Position numbers and translations under genes: made by a program | Origin: Bdellovibrionales bacterium | GTDB taxonomy: Bacteria > Bdellovibrionota > Bdellovibrionia > Bdellovibrionales > UBA1609 | Direction: 5' to 3' | Assembly (NCBI GenBank): GCA_020628165.1 | Contig: JAHDFM010000006.1 | Coordinates: 31,303-95,302 of the forward strand | DNA length: 64,000 bases | Shown here: positions 9,630-18,872 of the stretch, piece after piece | How positions within the stretch are numbered: the first letter of the stretch is position 1 | Layout: each line of letters begins with the position of its first letter | The notes under the pieces: generated by a model | Database searches by the model: none | What the model was told of the DNA's origin: nothing | Seen by the model: only the letters and a program-made list of their open reading frames with translations

Positions 9630-10904
9630 GTGAAAGAGAAAATTTTTCACAGAGTGTATAAAACTTTGTCTATAAGCTTATGTTTTCTAATGGCAATCCC
9701 TATAGGAGAATATTGCTTTGCTACAGATGGAAATAAAGCAAACCAGACAGACAGTAGCTCTGTAGCTTGTGCTATGAGTGTTCCAGAAAACACTAGTCAT
9801 ATAGTTTATTTAGATACCAATTCAGCAACTGAAGATAATGAACTTTTCTACACTTTTTCTGATATGCAAACTATTTTAGGTCAAAGGCCACAAGATTATA
9901 TTTTTCCAGTACGAGATGAAGATAATTTTATAAATTTTAGATTTCCGAACGTTGTTAAAGATAGGTCGGTAAATCATCCTAGGATTATAAACACACCACT
10001 GATAGAAGGTTCTTCTGAATTGGCCTCAGCAATAGATTTATCATGGGATATGAATGTTTCTGTTAATGGTGCCAGTTTATTGTTTGGTGTTTTTTTGCCA
10101 ACAGCTTATTTTGGTCCTCGACATAAGGATACGAATTATGTTTTTAGTTCAAGTTCGGATGTTGAACATGACCTTGATAGCCGCCCTTATGGCATTTTAC
10201 AATCGACCGGTTTAACCTTGCATACTTCTGGGTATAGAGAATTAATGATATCTCGTTATTTAGAGTATGCTAAAAAAAGAGGAAATAAAAATATATTGTA
10301 TCGTGTGCAGCCGAAGACAGATCATTGGTCACTCATGTTTAGGCAGAGTGATAATAATGAACAGAGGTTGACTATTTTTAATAAATATAAACAGTACCTA
10401 ACTAAAAAACTAGAGGAACAAAATGAAAGTGCAGTTTATTTGAGTGACTTAGTTAATTTGCGAGATCCAACATTGGCTAACTTTGAAAAGCTTGAAGAGC
10501 TTGCTTCTCGATTATCTTTAAGCTCAAGTGTCCCTTATTTCTTTTTAACTCCTGACCCGAGCTGGGCCCACTTTGTAACAACAAATAATAAACATATGAT
10601 ATACGCTTATCAAGTAGACTACTCACAGTTTTCACATACATTTAGAAAAAGAATTTATATAGGTGTAGATAGCAAAGAAGATACTCGTGGTGGCTTAGGA
10701 AGTTTTGAGTTTGTTTTTCCGAGAAGTTCAAAAAGTGATTTTGACGAATTGATAAAAGGTTTTACATTTATGGGGACTGTTAAAAGGGATTTAGTTAAGT
10801 TTACTGTTGATAGGTCTAAGAGTTATCCAGAGGATAGTATAGGATTAGATGGCTGGTTTGAAGATATCCCTTTTGCGGATTTTCAAATGTTTTTAGATAA
10901 TTGA
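9630..10904 (+). CDS. Secreted hypothetical protein
   Basis: Long ORF. I prefer the GTG at 9630, preceded by GGGAG, over the TTG at 9612. N-terminal hydrophobic signal; no recognisable motif. Confidence 0.6.
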   Translation: MKEKIFHRVYKTLSISLCFLMAIPIGEYCFATDGNKANQTDSSSVACAMSVPENTSHIVYLDTNSATEDNELFYTFSDMQTILGQRPQDYIFPVRDEDNFINFRFPNVVKDRSVNHPRIINTPLIEGSSELASAIDLSWDMNVSVNGASLLFGVFLPTAYFGPRHKDTNYVFSSSSDVEHDLDSRPYGILQSTGLTLHTSGYRELMISRYLEYAKKRGNKNILYRVQPKTDHWSLMFRQSDNNEQRLTIFNKYKQYLTKKLEEQNESAVYLSDLVNLRDPTLANFEKLEELASRLSLSSSVPYFFLTPDPSWAHFVTTNNKHMIYAYQVDYSQFSHTFRKRIYIGVDSKEDTRGGLGSFEFVFPRSSKSDFDELIKGFTFMGTVKRDLVKFTVDRSKSYPEDSIGLDGWFEDIPFADFQMFLDN

Positions 10905-11017
10905 AGTTAGTTTTTCGAATTATAATACTATGAATTAAATATATGACCTCGTTCGAAGCTTTGCTCAGCATATCAATGCTTCACTCTGTATGACGTTTTT
11001 TATTTTATGGTCTAATG

Positions 11018-11473
11018 TTACTCACAATTAAATTTTAAATTGTTCATTTTAAAAATTAATTTATCCCCAACTTTTATCTTGTTGTTTGTAAACCAGCCTT
11101 GATTCACTTCAAGTGCATACTGACTTGGTTTGGCACTTGGGTATGATTTTAATATGTTTTTATCTTTGGTGGATGGTTGCATATCTTGAATATCAACAAT
11201 CACACATCCTTTATTGATGTATGCAATGCTTAAAGGAATGTATGTGTTTTTCATCCAGAAGTTTAAAGTTTGTTCGCTTTCAAAAACAAAAAGCATGCCA
11301 GTGTTTTTTTCCAGCGTTTCTCTAAACATTAATCCTTTATTTTTTTCTTGAGGTGTTATTGCAATTTCAACACCAAGTTCAATGTTGTTTATAACAACCG
11401 TGTTTTTGGGCATGTTTTTTTGCTTGCAACTGAATAAAAAAAGAACAGTGAGGGATAGACTTAAGTACTTCAT
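11018..11473 (-). CDS. DUF192-family lipoprotein
   Basis: GLMFR...GMLFVF...FWMKNT..PL..A...YALE pattern typical of DUF192. Lipobox LFSC after the MKYLSLSL start (an internal ATG of the listed ORF). Confidence 0.8.
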   Translation of the reverse strand: MKYLSLSLTVLFLFSCKQKNMPKNTVVINNIELGVEIAITPQEKNKGLMFRETLEKNTGMLFVFESEQTLNFWMKNTYIPLSIAYINKGCVIVDIQDMQPSTKDKNILKSYPSAKPSQYALEVNQGWFTNNKIKVGDKLIFKMNNLKFNCE

Positions 11474-11655
11474 AATATTTAATTTAATTAAATATATCAG
11501 AAAAGTGTACAAAACTAAGGTCTAGAAGATGAGTCCTGTAAAGAAAATATATAAGCCAATGGACTTGCTTTTACACATATCTGTACTCATCAATAATTCG
11601 TTATGATCTAATTGTTAATGAATGACTTCATAAGCGAACGCAAAGGATTGCAGTT

Positions 11656-13146
11656 ATGATTAGAATATTCTTAGGGTTATTACTTTCAATGTTTTTGGGA
11701 ATGAGTGTCGTCTCTTGTTCTTTTTTTGGATCAGGTTCAGAAGAAACGACGGAAGAGGTTACTGAAGCCGACGAAGATTTTGGCGAAGATGAAGATTACG
11801 ACCCTCTAACAGATGAAGATGAAGATGTTGCGAGTTTAGATTCTGAAAGCGATGAAAAACTTTTTGATGATGGTGACACCGCTGATTTTGATACGGAAGA
11901 AGGCTTTGATGATGATTTTGAAGAAGAAGCCATAGCTGATGCTGGTGATGATATAGAAGAAGTAACAGACGACGAGTTGCTAGATGATTCTGACCCAATT
12001 GACACAGCTAACAATGCATCTGAAGATGTTGAGTTTGAAGATGACACTGATACTTTAGATACAGCTGCATCAACAATTTCGGAAGAAGAGGTCGTTGCTT
12101 CAACAGACGATATTATTGAAGAAGAAAATAATTCACTTGTAGACACAGCTGATTATTCAACAGCAGACTCTTCGTTCAGTGATGGAGCCACAAAATCTTG
12201 GGTGCCGGTCAGAAAAATGCGTGCAGAGCCATTTAATAAAAATGGTGTTCTTGCCAATGCTATTTATATAGTTAGGCAAGGGGATACACTTGGCAGCATC
12301 AGTAGCAAAATCTACGGTAATGATAGAACCAGTGATCTTTTAAAAGTGAATACAACTTTAGGAAATGGTGTCAAAGTTGGAGATAAGGTTTACTACAATT
12401 CTCCACAACGACCAACGGACAGCTCAACGTTACTCACTTACTATGAAGATCTGAATTTAAGCCCGCAGTCTTATACGATACAACCGGGTGAAAATATTAG
12501 AACCGTTTCGAAAAATTTATTAGGTCACAGTTCAAGTTGGAAAGAAGTTTGGGCGACAAACCCAGAAATACAATCTAAATGGACTGTGAGCGAAAGTTAC
12601 AACTTAAGATATTGGTCTGATGGTGGACCAGAAGTTGGCCAGCAAATCGCACAAAACGACTTCACGCCACCACCACAAGAAAATTTCGATCCGCCGCCAC
12701 CACCGCCGCCAGTTGAGGACACTTTCGATGCTCCTCCGCCACCACCACCGATTGATACGGCTGCAGTCCCACCTCCTCCGCCGATTGAGCAGAAATTTGA
12801 TGAGCAATTGCCGCCACCGCCACCTCCCATTGAAGAGCCGGCACCGCCTCCACCACCTCCTGTGGCCAACGTAGCACCGCCGCCGCCTCCACCACCAACG
12901 GTGAATGCGCCGCCACCGCCACCACCTCTTCCAAAAAAGGTTGCCAAGAAAAAAGATTTTAAAAATAAAAAAGGCAAGAACAAGAAGAAGAAAAGGTTAG
13001 CATCGACCGCGGATAAAGATAAAAAGATGATGTTAGGGGCTTCTGCCATTGGATTGTTTGCCCTCGTGTTATTGTTCATCATCTGGCGCAAGAAAAAATC
13101 CAGACGAGCGATCGACTTTAACACCTCGACAACTCAGATTGAATAA
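11656..13146 (+). CDS. Lipoprotein with acidic region, two LysM-like domains, polyproline tracts and a C-terminal TM anchor
   Basis: Lipobox VVSC. D/E-rich aa 27-175. LysM-like YIVRQGDTLGSIS and YTIQPGENIRTVS. Seven P5-P7 tracts (aa 338-425), a K-rich patch, then TM GASAIGLFALVLLFIIW. Confidence 0.85.
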   Translation: MIRIFLGLLLSMFLGMSVVSCSFFGSGSEETTEEVTEADEDFGEDEDYDPLTDEDEDVASLDSESDEKLFDDGDTADFDTEEGFDDDFEEEAIADAGDDIEEVTDDELLDDSDPIDTANNASEDVEFEDDTDTLDTAASTISEEEVVASTDDIIEEENNSLVDTADYSTADSSFSDGATKSWVPVRKMRAEPFNKNGVLANAIYIVRQGDTLGSISSKIYGNDRTSDLLKVNTTLGNGVKVGDKVYYNSPQRPTDSSTLLTYYEDLNLSPQSYTIQPGENIRTVSKNLLGHSSSWKEVWATNPEIQSKWTVSESYNLRYWSDGGPEVGQQIAQNDFTPPPQENFDPPPPPPPVEDTFDAPPPPPPIDTAAVPPPPPIEQKFDEQLPPPPPPIEEPAPPPPPPVANVAPPPPPPPTVNAPPPPPPLPKKVAKKKDFKNKKGKNKKKKRLASTADKDKKMMLGASAIGLFALVLLFIIWRKKKSRRAIDFNTSTTQIE

Positions 13147-13149
13147 AAA

Positions 13150-13183
13150 CAAAAAAACCACTCTCGATGAGTGGTTTTTTTTA
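13150..13183. terminator. Bidirectional rho-independent terminator
   Basis: A-run, stem ccactc/gagtgg, loop tcgat, T-run. Lies between convergent genes. Confidence 0.7.
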
Positions 13184-13211
13184 TTATATTTAAATTATAA
13201 TTGTAGGAGAA

Positions 13212-13580
13212 TTACGAAACTTTACTAAATATAGATTGTAGTAAATCTTTCTTAGTTTCTTTGTTTTCATTTACAAAATAAATCAGATCATCAATGAGTT
13301 GCACGTCAGTTCTGTTGAAAGGTAAAAAGTTAACACCGTAACCAACATCATTTTTCCATACGACCTTTGCTTCTATCTTGCGTTGGCGACCACTGACTTC
13401 CATGTGGAATATAAGCTTATCGTTCCTTATGTAGTTGTCATTTGTGGACTGTAAAAAAGCTCCTGTTAGACTGATGTTCTTTAATAAGCCGTTTTCATCT
13501 CTGCGACCATATGTTTTACGAAACCTTACTGGTAGACTCAGTTGAACCCTTGGTGCGACTTCAGAGTTTGCTATATCCAT
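13212..13580 (-). CDS. Single-domain PilZ-like protein
   Basis: 122 aa. NISLTGAFL matches the (D/N)xSxxG half of the PilZ motif. The N-terminal RxxxR half is not clean. Confidence 0.7.
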   Translation of the reverse strand: MDIANSEVAPRVQLSLPVRFRKTYGRRDENGLLKNISLTGAFLQSTNDNYIRNDKLIFHMEVSGRQRKIEAKVVWKNDVGYGVNFLPFNRTDVQLIDDLIYFVNENKETKKDLLQSIFSKVS

Positions 13581-13980
13581 AATATCTCCCGTTTAAATAC
13601 AGATAAGTAACTGACTTAGCTTTCAAAAAATATATCGGTATTGATCTAGAATTATTAAGGAATTTTAACAAAATCAGAATCTTTAGTGGCTGAGTGAATA
13701 GAAATTTTACAAAAATCACAGAAAAGTGTATTTATTTGAAGCACTGGTTTTCAAGATTCTAGATTTTGGTCTTGCTATTCAAATCAAAATCAAGCAGTAT
13801 AGAAATGCAGCATACGTTTATCTTTGAGACCCAAATTCCGAGAAGATATCATCATTAGCTGCATACTCTGTAAATCATTAAATATCTTATACTGTCGTTA
13901 GTAAGGACTGTTAAAATCCATTTTATTCAAAGGTTTCATTCTTATAAAAATTAAAATTCAAGAAAGAGGAAATAATACAT

Positions 13981-15660
13981 ATGGCGAAAGCTACAGAAGA
14001 AGCAGATGCAAAGTCTGTCAAAAAGAAGAAAAAAGTCACTAAGAAAACCACCAAAAAAGTTACTAAAAAGGCCACAAAAAAAGAGCCTGAAGTTGAAATC
14101 GAAGTGGAAGAGGTAAAAGCTGTTGCAGCTCCAGAAGTCAAAGAAGAAATCAAACAAGAGACAAAATCTGACGATGCCTCTGGCGACAAAGATAAAAAAG
14201 AAGGCAAAAAAACCTACAAAGAAGTAAAATACGAAGGGCGCGGCCATAGAGGAAGTGGTGGTAAAAACGATTATCGTCGCAATAATAAAAACGGCAAGCA
14301 CCGCGGATATAGAAATGGTGGAGGCAATGGTAACTCGGGACGATCTGAAAATTCTGAGCCAGAAGTTGAAATTGACTTGAGCGATATTAACTTAACCGAA
14401 GAAGAACAACAAAGTTTAAACTCTAAAAACTTAAAATCTAAGAACATTCAAGAGATCATCGAACTTGGCGTTAAACTAAAGATAGAAAACGCAGCCGGCA
14501 TGAGACGCCAGGACTTAGTCTTTAATGTTTTGAAACGTGCGGCTATGCTGGGAGACATCTACGGAAGTGGTTGTCTAGAAATATTACCTGATGGTTATGG
14601 TTTTTTAAGGTCTCCAGACTACAATTATTTACCAGGACCAGATGATATATATGTAAGTCCTTCACAAATCAGACGTATGGGTCTGCGCACAGGTGACACA
14701 GTTTCTGGAACAGTGAGGCCTCCTAAAGATAATGAAAGATACTTTGCTTTATTAAAACTAGAGACTTTGAATCACGCTCCTCCAGAAAAGAGCAAAGACA
14801 AAGTTTTGTTTGATAACTTAACTCCACTTTACCCGGAACAAAGACTCAACTTAGAGCACAAGCCTAATGAATACACAACGCGTGTGATCGACCTTATGGC
14901 TCCTCTAGGAAAAGGTCAGCGTGCTTTGATCGTGGCCCCACCAAGAACGGGTAAAACGGTCATTATGCAAAACATTGCTCAAGCTCTTTCCGAAAATCAT
15001 CCTGAGGTGAAATTGATAGTATTGCTTATTGATGAGCGACCAGAAGAAGTCACTGATATGTCTAGAAACGTTGACGGTGAAGTGGTGAGTTCTACATTTG
15101 ATGAACCCCCAACTCGTCACGTGCAAGTGGCTGAGATGGTCATTGAAAAAGCTAAGCGCTTGGTTGAGCAAAAGCACGATGTTGTTATTTTACTCGATTC
15201 TATTACACGCTTGGCTCGCGCTTACAACACAGTGGTTCCACCATCTGGAAAGATCTTATCTGGTGGTGTTGATTCCAATGCCCTACACAAACCAAAACGC
15301 TTTTTTGGTGCCGCTAGAAACATCGAAGAGGGCGGCAGTTTAACTATTATTGCAACGGCTCTTGTGGATACTGGCTCTCGTATGGATGAAGTTATTTTTG
15401 AGGAGTTCAAAGGAACTGGTAACGCTGAAATCCACTTGGATCGCAAACTCATGGAAAAAAGAACATTCCCATGTATGGACATCAATAAATCTGGAACAAG
15501 AAAAGAAGATCTTCTTATCGATAAGGGTGATTTAAATCGCTTGTGGATTTTAAGAAAAGTTCTCGCTCCGATGAATGTGGTCGATAGTATGGAATTCTTG
15601 TTAGATAAATTAAAGAATGCCAAAACCAATGATGAATTTATGTCATCAATGTCTGGGTGA
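13981..15660 (+). CDS. rho: Transcription termination factor Rho with a roughly 145-aa low-complexity N-terminal extension
   Basis: Walker [18 protein letters not shown], and the canonical N-terminal helix bundle starting near aa 147. Residues 1-145 are K/E-rich, then RG/N-rich. Confidence 0.97.
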   Translation: MAKATEEADAKSVKKKKKVTKKTTKKVTKKATKKEPEVEIEVEEVKAVAAPEVKEEIKQETKSDDASGDKDKKEGKKTYKEVKYEGRGHRGSGGKNDYRRNNKNGKHRGYRNGGGNGNSGRSENSEPEVEIDLSDINLTEEEQQSLNSKNLKSKNIQEIIELGVKLKIENAAGMRRQDLVFNVLKRAAMLGDIYGSGCLEILPDGYGFLRSPDYNYLPGPDDIYVSPSQIRRMGLRTGDTVSGTVRPPKDNERYFALLKLETLNHAPPEKSKDKVLFDNLTPLYPEQRLNLEHKPNEYTTRVIDLMAPLGKGQRALIVAPPRTGKTVIMQNIAQALSENHPEVKLIVLLIDERPEEVTDMSRNVDGEVVSSTFDEPPTRHVQVAEMVIEKAKRLVEQKHDVVILLDSITRLARAYNTVVPPSGKILSGGVDSNALHKPKRFFGAARNIEEGGSLTIIATALVDTGSRMDEVIFEEFKGTGNAEIHLDRKLMEKRTFPCMDINKSGTRKEDLLIDKGDLNRLWILRKVLAPMNVVDSMEFLLDKLKNAKTNDEFMSSMSG

Positions 15661-15675
15661 TTTGTTTAGGTCATT

Positions 15676-16743
15676 ATGTTTAAGAAGTTAGAAGAAGTTG
15701 AAAACACCTATGATCATTTGCAAATGAAATTGCAAGACCCAGATATTACTTCTGATCCTAAAAAATACACACAACTCATGAAAGACATCGCTGAAGTGGA
15801 AGATGTTGTTAAAACTTACCGTGAGTACAAACAGTGTGAAAAAGGAATCGAGTCGAGCAAACAAATGCTCGACACTGAAAAAGATGAAGAGATGCGTGCT
15901 CTCGCAAAAGAAGAGCTCGCAGAACTCAATAAACAAGTGGAAGAACTGCAAGATCAATTAAAAATCCTTCTTTTGCCAAAAGACCCTAACGACAATAAAA
16001 ATATCATTTTAGAAATTCGAGCGGGAGCCGGTGGAGATGAAGCCAGTCTTTTTGCTGAAGAGCTATTCCGTGCCTATTCACTTTTTAGTTCTGATAAGAA
16101 CTGGCGAATGCAGTTAATTTCTATTTCGCCAGGGAATGCCGGTGGCTATAAAGAAGTCATAGCCAGTATTTCTGGTCAAAGTGTCTATAGTTTGATGAAA
16201 TATGAAAGTGGCGTTCATCGCGTGCAGCGTGTGCCAAAAACAGAATCGCAAGGTCGAGTGCACACCTCTACAATCACAGTTGCTGTGATTCCAGAAGTTG
16301 AAGATGTCGATATTCAGATCAGTCAGAATGATTTGCGCATTGATACTTATAGATCAAGTGGGAATGGTGGGCAGTCAGTAAACACTACAGATTCTGCAGT
16401 GAGAATCACTCATATTCCGTCAGGTATAGTTGTTACCTGTCAGGATGGAAAGTCTCAGATTTCTAATAAAGAACAAGCCATGAAAGTTCTTTACGCTCGC
16501 CTTCACGCCATTGAAGAAGAAAAGAAAATGAAAGAAGCCTCTGATGATCGCCTTTCACAGATTGGTACTGGTGATCGTTCTGAAAGAATCAGAACTTATA
16601 ACTTCCCGCAATCTCGCATAACTGATCATCGTATAGGTTTCACGACTCATGCTATTAATGACATTATGGGTGGCAAAGTGTCTATTGTTTTAGATCCTTT
16701 AATTTCACATTTTCAAGCGGAAGCTCTGAAAAAACAATCGTAA
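15676..16743 (+). CDS. prfA: Peptide chain release factor 1
   Basis: GGQ motif ([11 protein letters not shown]) and a PxT-type motif ([14 protein letters not shown]). Confidence 0.97.
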   Translation: MFKKLEEVENTYDHLQMKLQDPDITSDPKKYTQLMKDIAEVEDVVKTYREYKQCEKGIESSKQMLDTEKDEEMRALAKEELAELNKQVEELQDQLKILLLPKDPNDNKNIILEIRAGAGGDEASLFAEELFRAYSLFSSDKNWRMQLISISPGNAGGYKEVIASISGQSVYSLMKYESGVHRVQRVPKTESQGRVHTSTITVAVIPEVEDVDIQISQNDLRIDTYRSSGNGGQSVNTTDSAVRITHIPSGIVVTCQDGKSQISNKEQAMKVLYARLHAIEEEKKMKEASDDRLSQIGTGDRSERIRTYNFPQSRITDHRIGFTTHAINDIMGGKVSIVLDPLISHFQAEALKKQS

Positions 16744-17598
16744 ATGACCTTTAAAAAACTTTACGATCAACTGTTTAACCAATTAAAAAAAAATCAGATT
16801 GATAACTGCCAACTTGATCTCGACCTCATTTTTTGTGAAGTTCTAGAACTACAACGGCATCAAATCATACTGCAAGACTACGCTCTTCTTTTACCGAGTG
16901 AACAGGTGTTAACGTTACAATCAATGGTTAATAGACGTTCACAAGGTGAGCCTTTGGCTTACATCTTTGGGTACAAACACTTTTATAAAAGTAAATTCAA
17001 AGTGAACTCCAATGTCTTAGTGCCTAGACCAGAAACAGAACTCATCGTTGAAAAAGCGTTGAGTTTATTTTCAGACAAAGAGCCAATGAAATTACTAGAT
17101 ATGGGCACGGGATCCGGATGTTTGGGTTTGAGTTTGTTAAAGGAATGGCCACTAACTCAATTGATTGCTGTTGATAAAAGCAATGAGGCTTTAGCTGTGG
17201 CCCGTGAAAACGCAATCTGTCTTGGCTTAGAAGAGAGATCTACGTTTCATGGTATAGACCTCATTAACTATCAAAACGAATCTTGGCTTGAATATTTTGA
17301 TTGTATCGTGGCAAATCCACCTTATATCGATCAAGTCACCGGCTTTGTTCAAGAGCACGTGAAAAAATATGAACCAAACATGGCCCTTTTTTCAGATGAA
17401 GACGGATTTAAAGATATTAGAATTTGGACAGAACTTGCCCACAAGTTTTTAAAAAAGGGCGGATATTTTTTGATGGAGTTTGGTGATGACCAATGTCAAC
17501 GAGTGGTTAACTTTTATAAACAGACTGATTTTTTTATAGAATATTCAATTCATAATGATTATGCTGGAATTCCAAGATACGTTTGTGCTCAAAAATAG
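16744..17598 (+). CDS. prmC: Release-factor glutamine N5-methyltransferase
   Basis: DMGTGSGC SAM-binding motif and NPPY. Abuts the prfA stop. Confidence 0.93.
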   Translation: MTFKKLYDQLFNQLKKNQIDNCQLDLDLIFCEVLELQRHQIILQDYALLLPSEQVLTLQSMVNRRSQGEPLAYIFGYKHFYKSKFKVNSNVLVPRPETELIVEKALSLFSDKEPMKLLDMGTGSGCLGLSLLKEWPLTQLIAVDKSNEALAVARENAICLGLEERSTFHGIDLINYQNESWLEYFDCIVANPPYIDQVTGFVQEHVKKYEPNMALFSDEDGFKDIRIWTELAHKFLKKGGYFLMEFGDDQCQRVVNFYKQTDFFIEYSIHNDYAGIPRYVCAQK

Positions 17599-17606
17599 GA
17601 GATCTC

Positions 17607-18860
17607 ATGGATAAAATGAAAATTATAGGTGGAAAAAAACTAAACGGTGAGGTCAGTGCCGGAGGTGCTAAAAACGCCGCTCTACCTATTTTATTTTCAA
17701 CATTGTTAGCTGATGGGGAGCACGTGTTCACCAATGTTCCAGACCTTCGCGATATTAAATCAGCTATGCTTCTGTTAGATTCTTTTGGGTGTGAAACTCA
17801 CTTTGCTAACAACACTTTAAAGGTGAAAGTGAACAAAATTAAAACCATTGAAGCTCATTACGATTTGGTTCGTAAAATGCGAGCGAGTATTTTATGCCTT
17901 GGTCCACTTCTAGCTCGTCATAAAAAAGCTAAGGTGAGTTTGCCGGGAGGATGTGCCATCGGTAGTCGCCCGATCAATTACCACTTAGATGCACTGACTT
18001 TATTAAAAACCGAGCATCGTATTGAGTCGGGATATGTTGTGGCAGAAACTACAGGGCTAGTAGGTGACCGCGTGATTTTTGATATGCCATCAGTTGGTGC
18101 TACAGAAAATATTATGATGGCGGCCTCTCTCGCGAAAGGTGTGACTATTATTGAAAATGCAGCTAAAGAGCCTGAGATAGTTGATCTGGCTGATTACTTG
18201 ATAAAAATGGGTGCTAATATAGAGGGAGCGGGCACAAGTATTATTAAAATCACCGGTGTGGATTCGTTGTCTCCAGCTGAACACAGCATTATCCCCGATA
18301 GAATTGAAGCGGGAACTTTATTAATCGCTGGAGCAATCACAGGTGGGTCTGTTAAAGTGAATAATTGTGATCCCACTCACATCGAAGCATTGATTGCTAA
18401 AATGCGTGAATCGGGATTTAACATAGAAGCAGGCGCTGATTTTGTAAGTGTGACCGAGACCAGCAACTGGAAAGCCATAGATGTTACCACAGCTCCTCAT
18501 CCTGCTTTCCCTACGGATTTGCAAGCTCAGTATATGGTTTTAATGACCCAAGCTGAGGGCTCAAGTATTGTAACGGAGACTATTTTTGAAAATCGTTTTA
18601 TGCACGTGCAGGAGCTTCTTCGTATGGGTGCTGAATTATCTCCTAAGACTCGCGTTTGTATTGTTCGCGGTAAAAAAGGCGGCCTTAATGGGGCTCCTGT
18701 GATGGCGACTGACTTAAGGGCGAGCGCTTCTTTAGTGTTGGCAGGTCTTGTCGCTGAAGGTGAAACTGTTGTGAACCGTATTTACCATTTAGACCGCGGT
18801 TATGAGAAATTAGAAGATAAATTATCGAATTTAGGTGCGTCTATACAAAGAATCGAATAA
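17607..18860 (+). CDS. murA: UDP-N-acetylglucosamine 1-carboxyvinyltransferase
   Basis: [16 protein letters not shown] start with AGGAG 5 nt upstream (an internal ATG of the listed ORF). Active-site [12 protein letters not shown]. Confidence 0.96.
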   Translation: MDKMKIIGGKKLNGEVSAGGAKNAALPILFSTLLADGEHVFTNVPDLRDIKSAMLLLDSFGCETHFANNTLKVKVNKIKTIEAHYDLVRKMRASILCLGPLLARHKKAKVSLPGGCAIGSRPINYHLDALTLLKTEHRIESGYVVAETTGLVGDRVIFDMPSVGATENIMMAASLAKGVTIIENAAKEPEIVDLADYLIKMGANIEGAGTSIIKITGVDSLSPAEHSIIPDRIEAGTLLIAGAITGGSVKVNNCDPTHIEALIAKMRESGFNIEAGADFVSVTETSNWKAIDVTTAPHPAFPTDLQAQYMVLMTQAEGSSIVTETIFENRFMHVQELLRMGAELSPKTRVCIVRGKKGGLNGAPVMATDLRASASLVLAGLVAEGETVVNRIYHLDRGYEKLEDKLSNLGASIQRIE

Positions 18861-18872
18861 AATATAGGTGTC

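Noticed and set aside
12597-13124. Minus-strand ORFs (poly-Gly and others) and a + strand alternate-frame ORF (12620-12874) over the proline-rich region
   Set aside because: These are mirror-image or shifted-frame artefacts of CCN repeats in the LysM/polyproline gene. The minus-strand 12597-13124 ORF encodes GGGGGG runs and has no SD.
13923-14301. Two minus-strand ORFs opposite the rho 5' region
   Set aside because: They are antisense to the lysine-rich (AAR) repeats of Rho, giving Phe-rich shadow frames.
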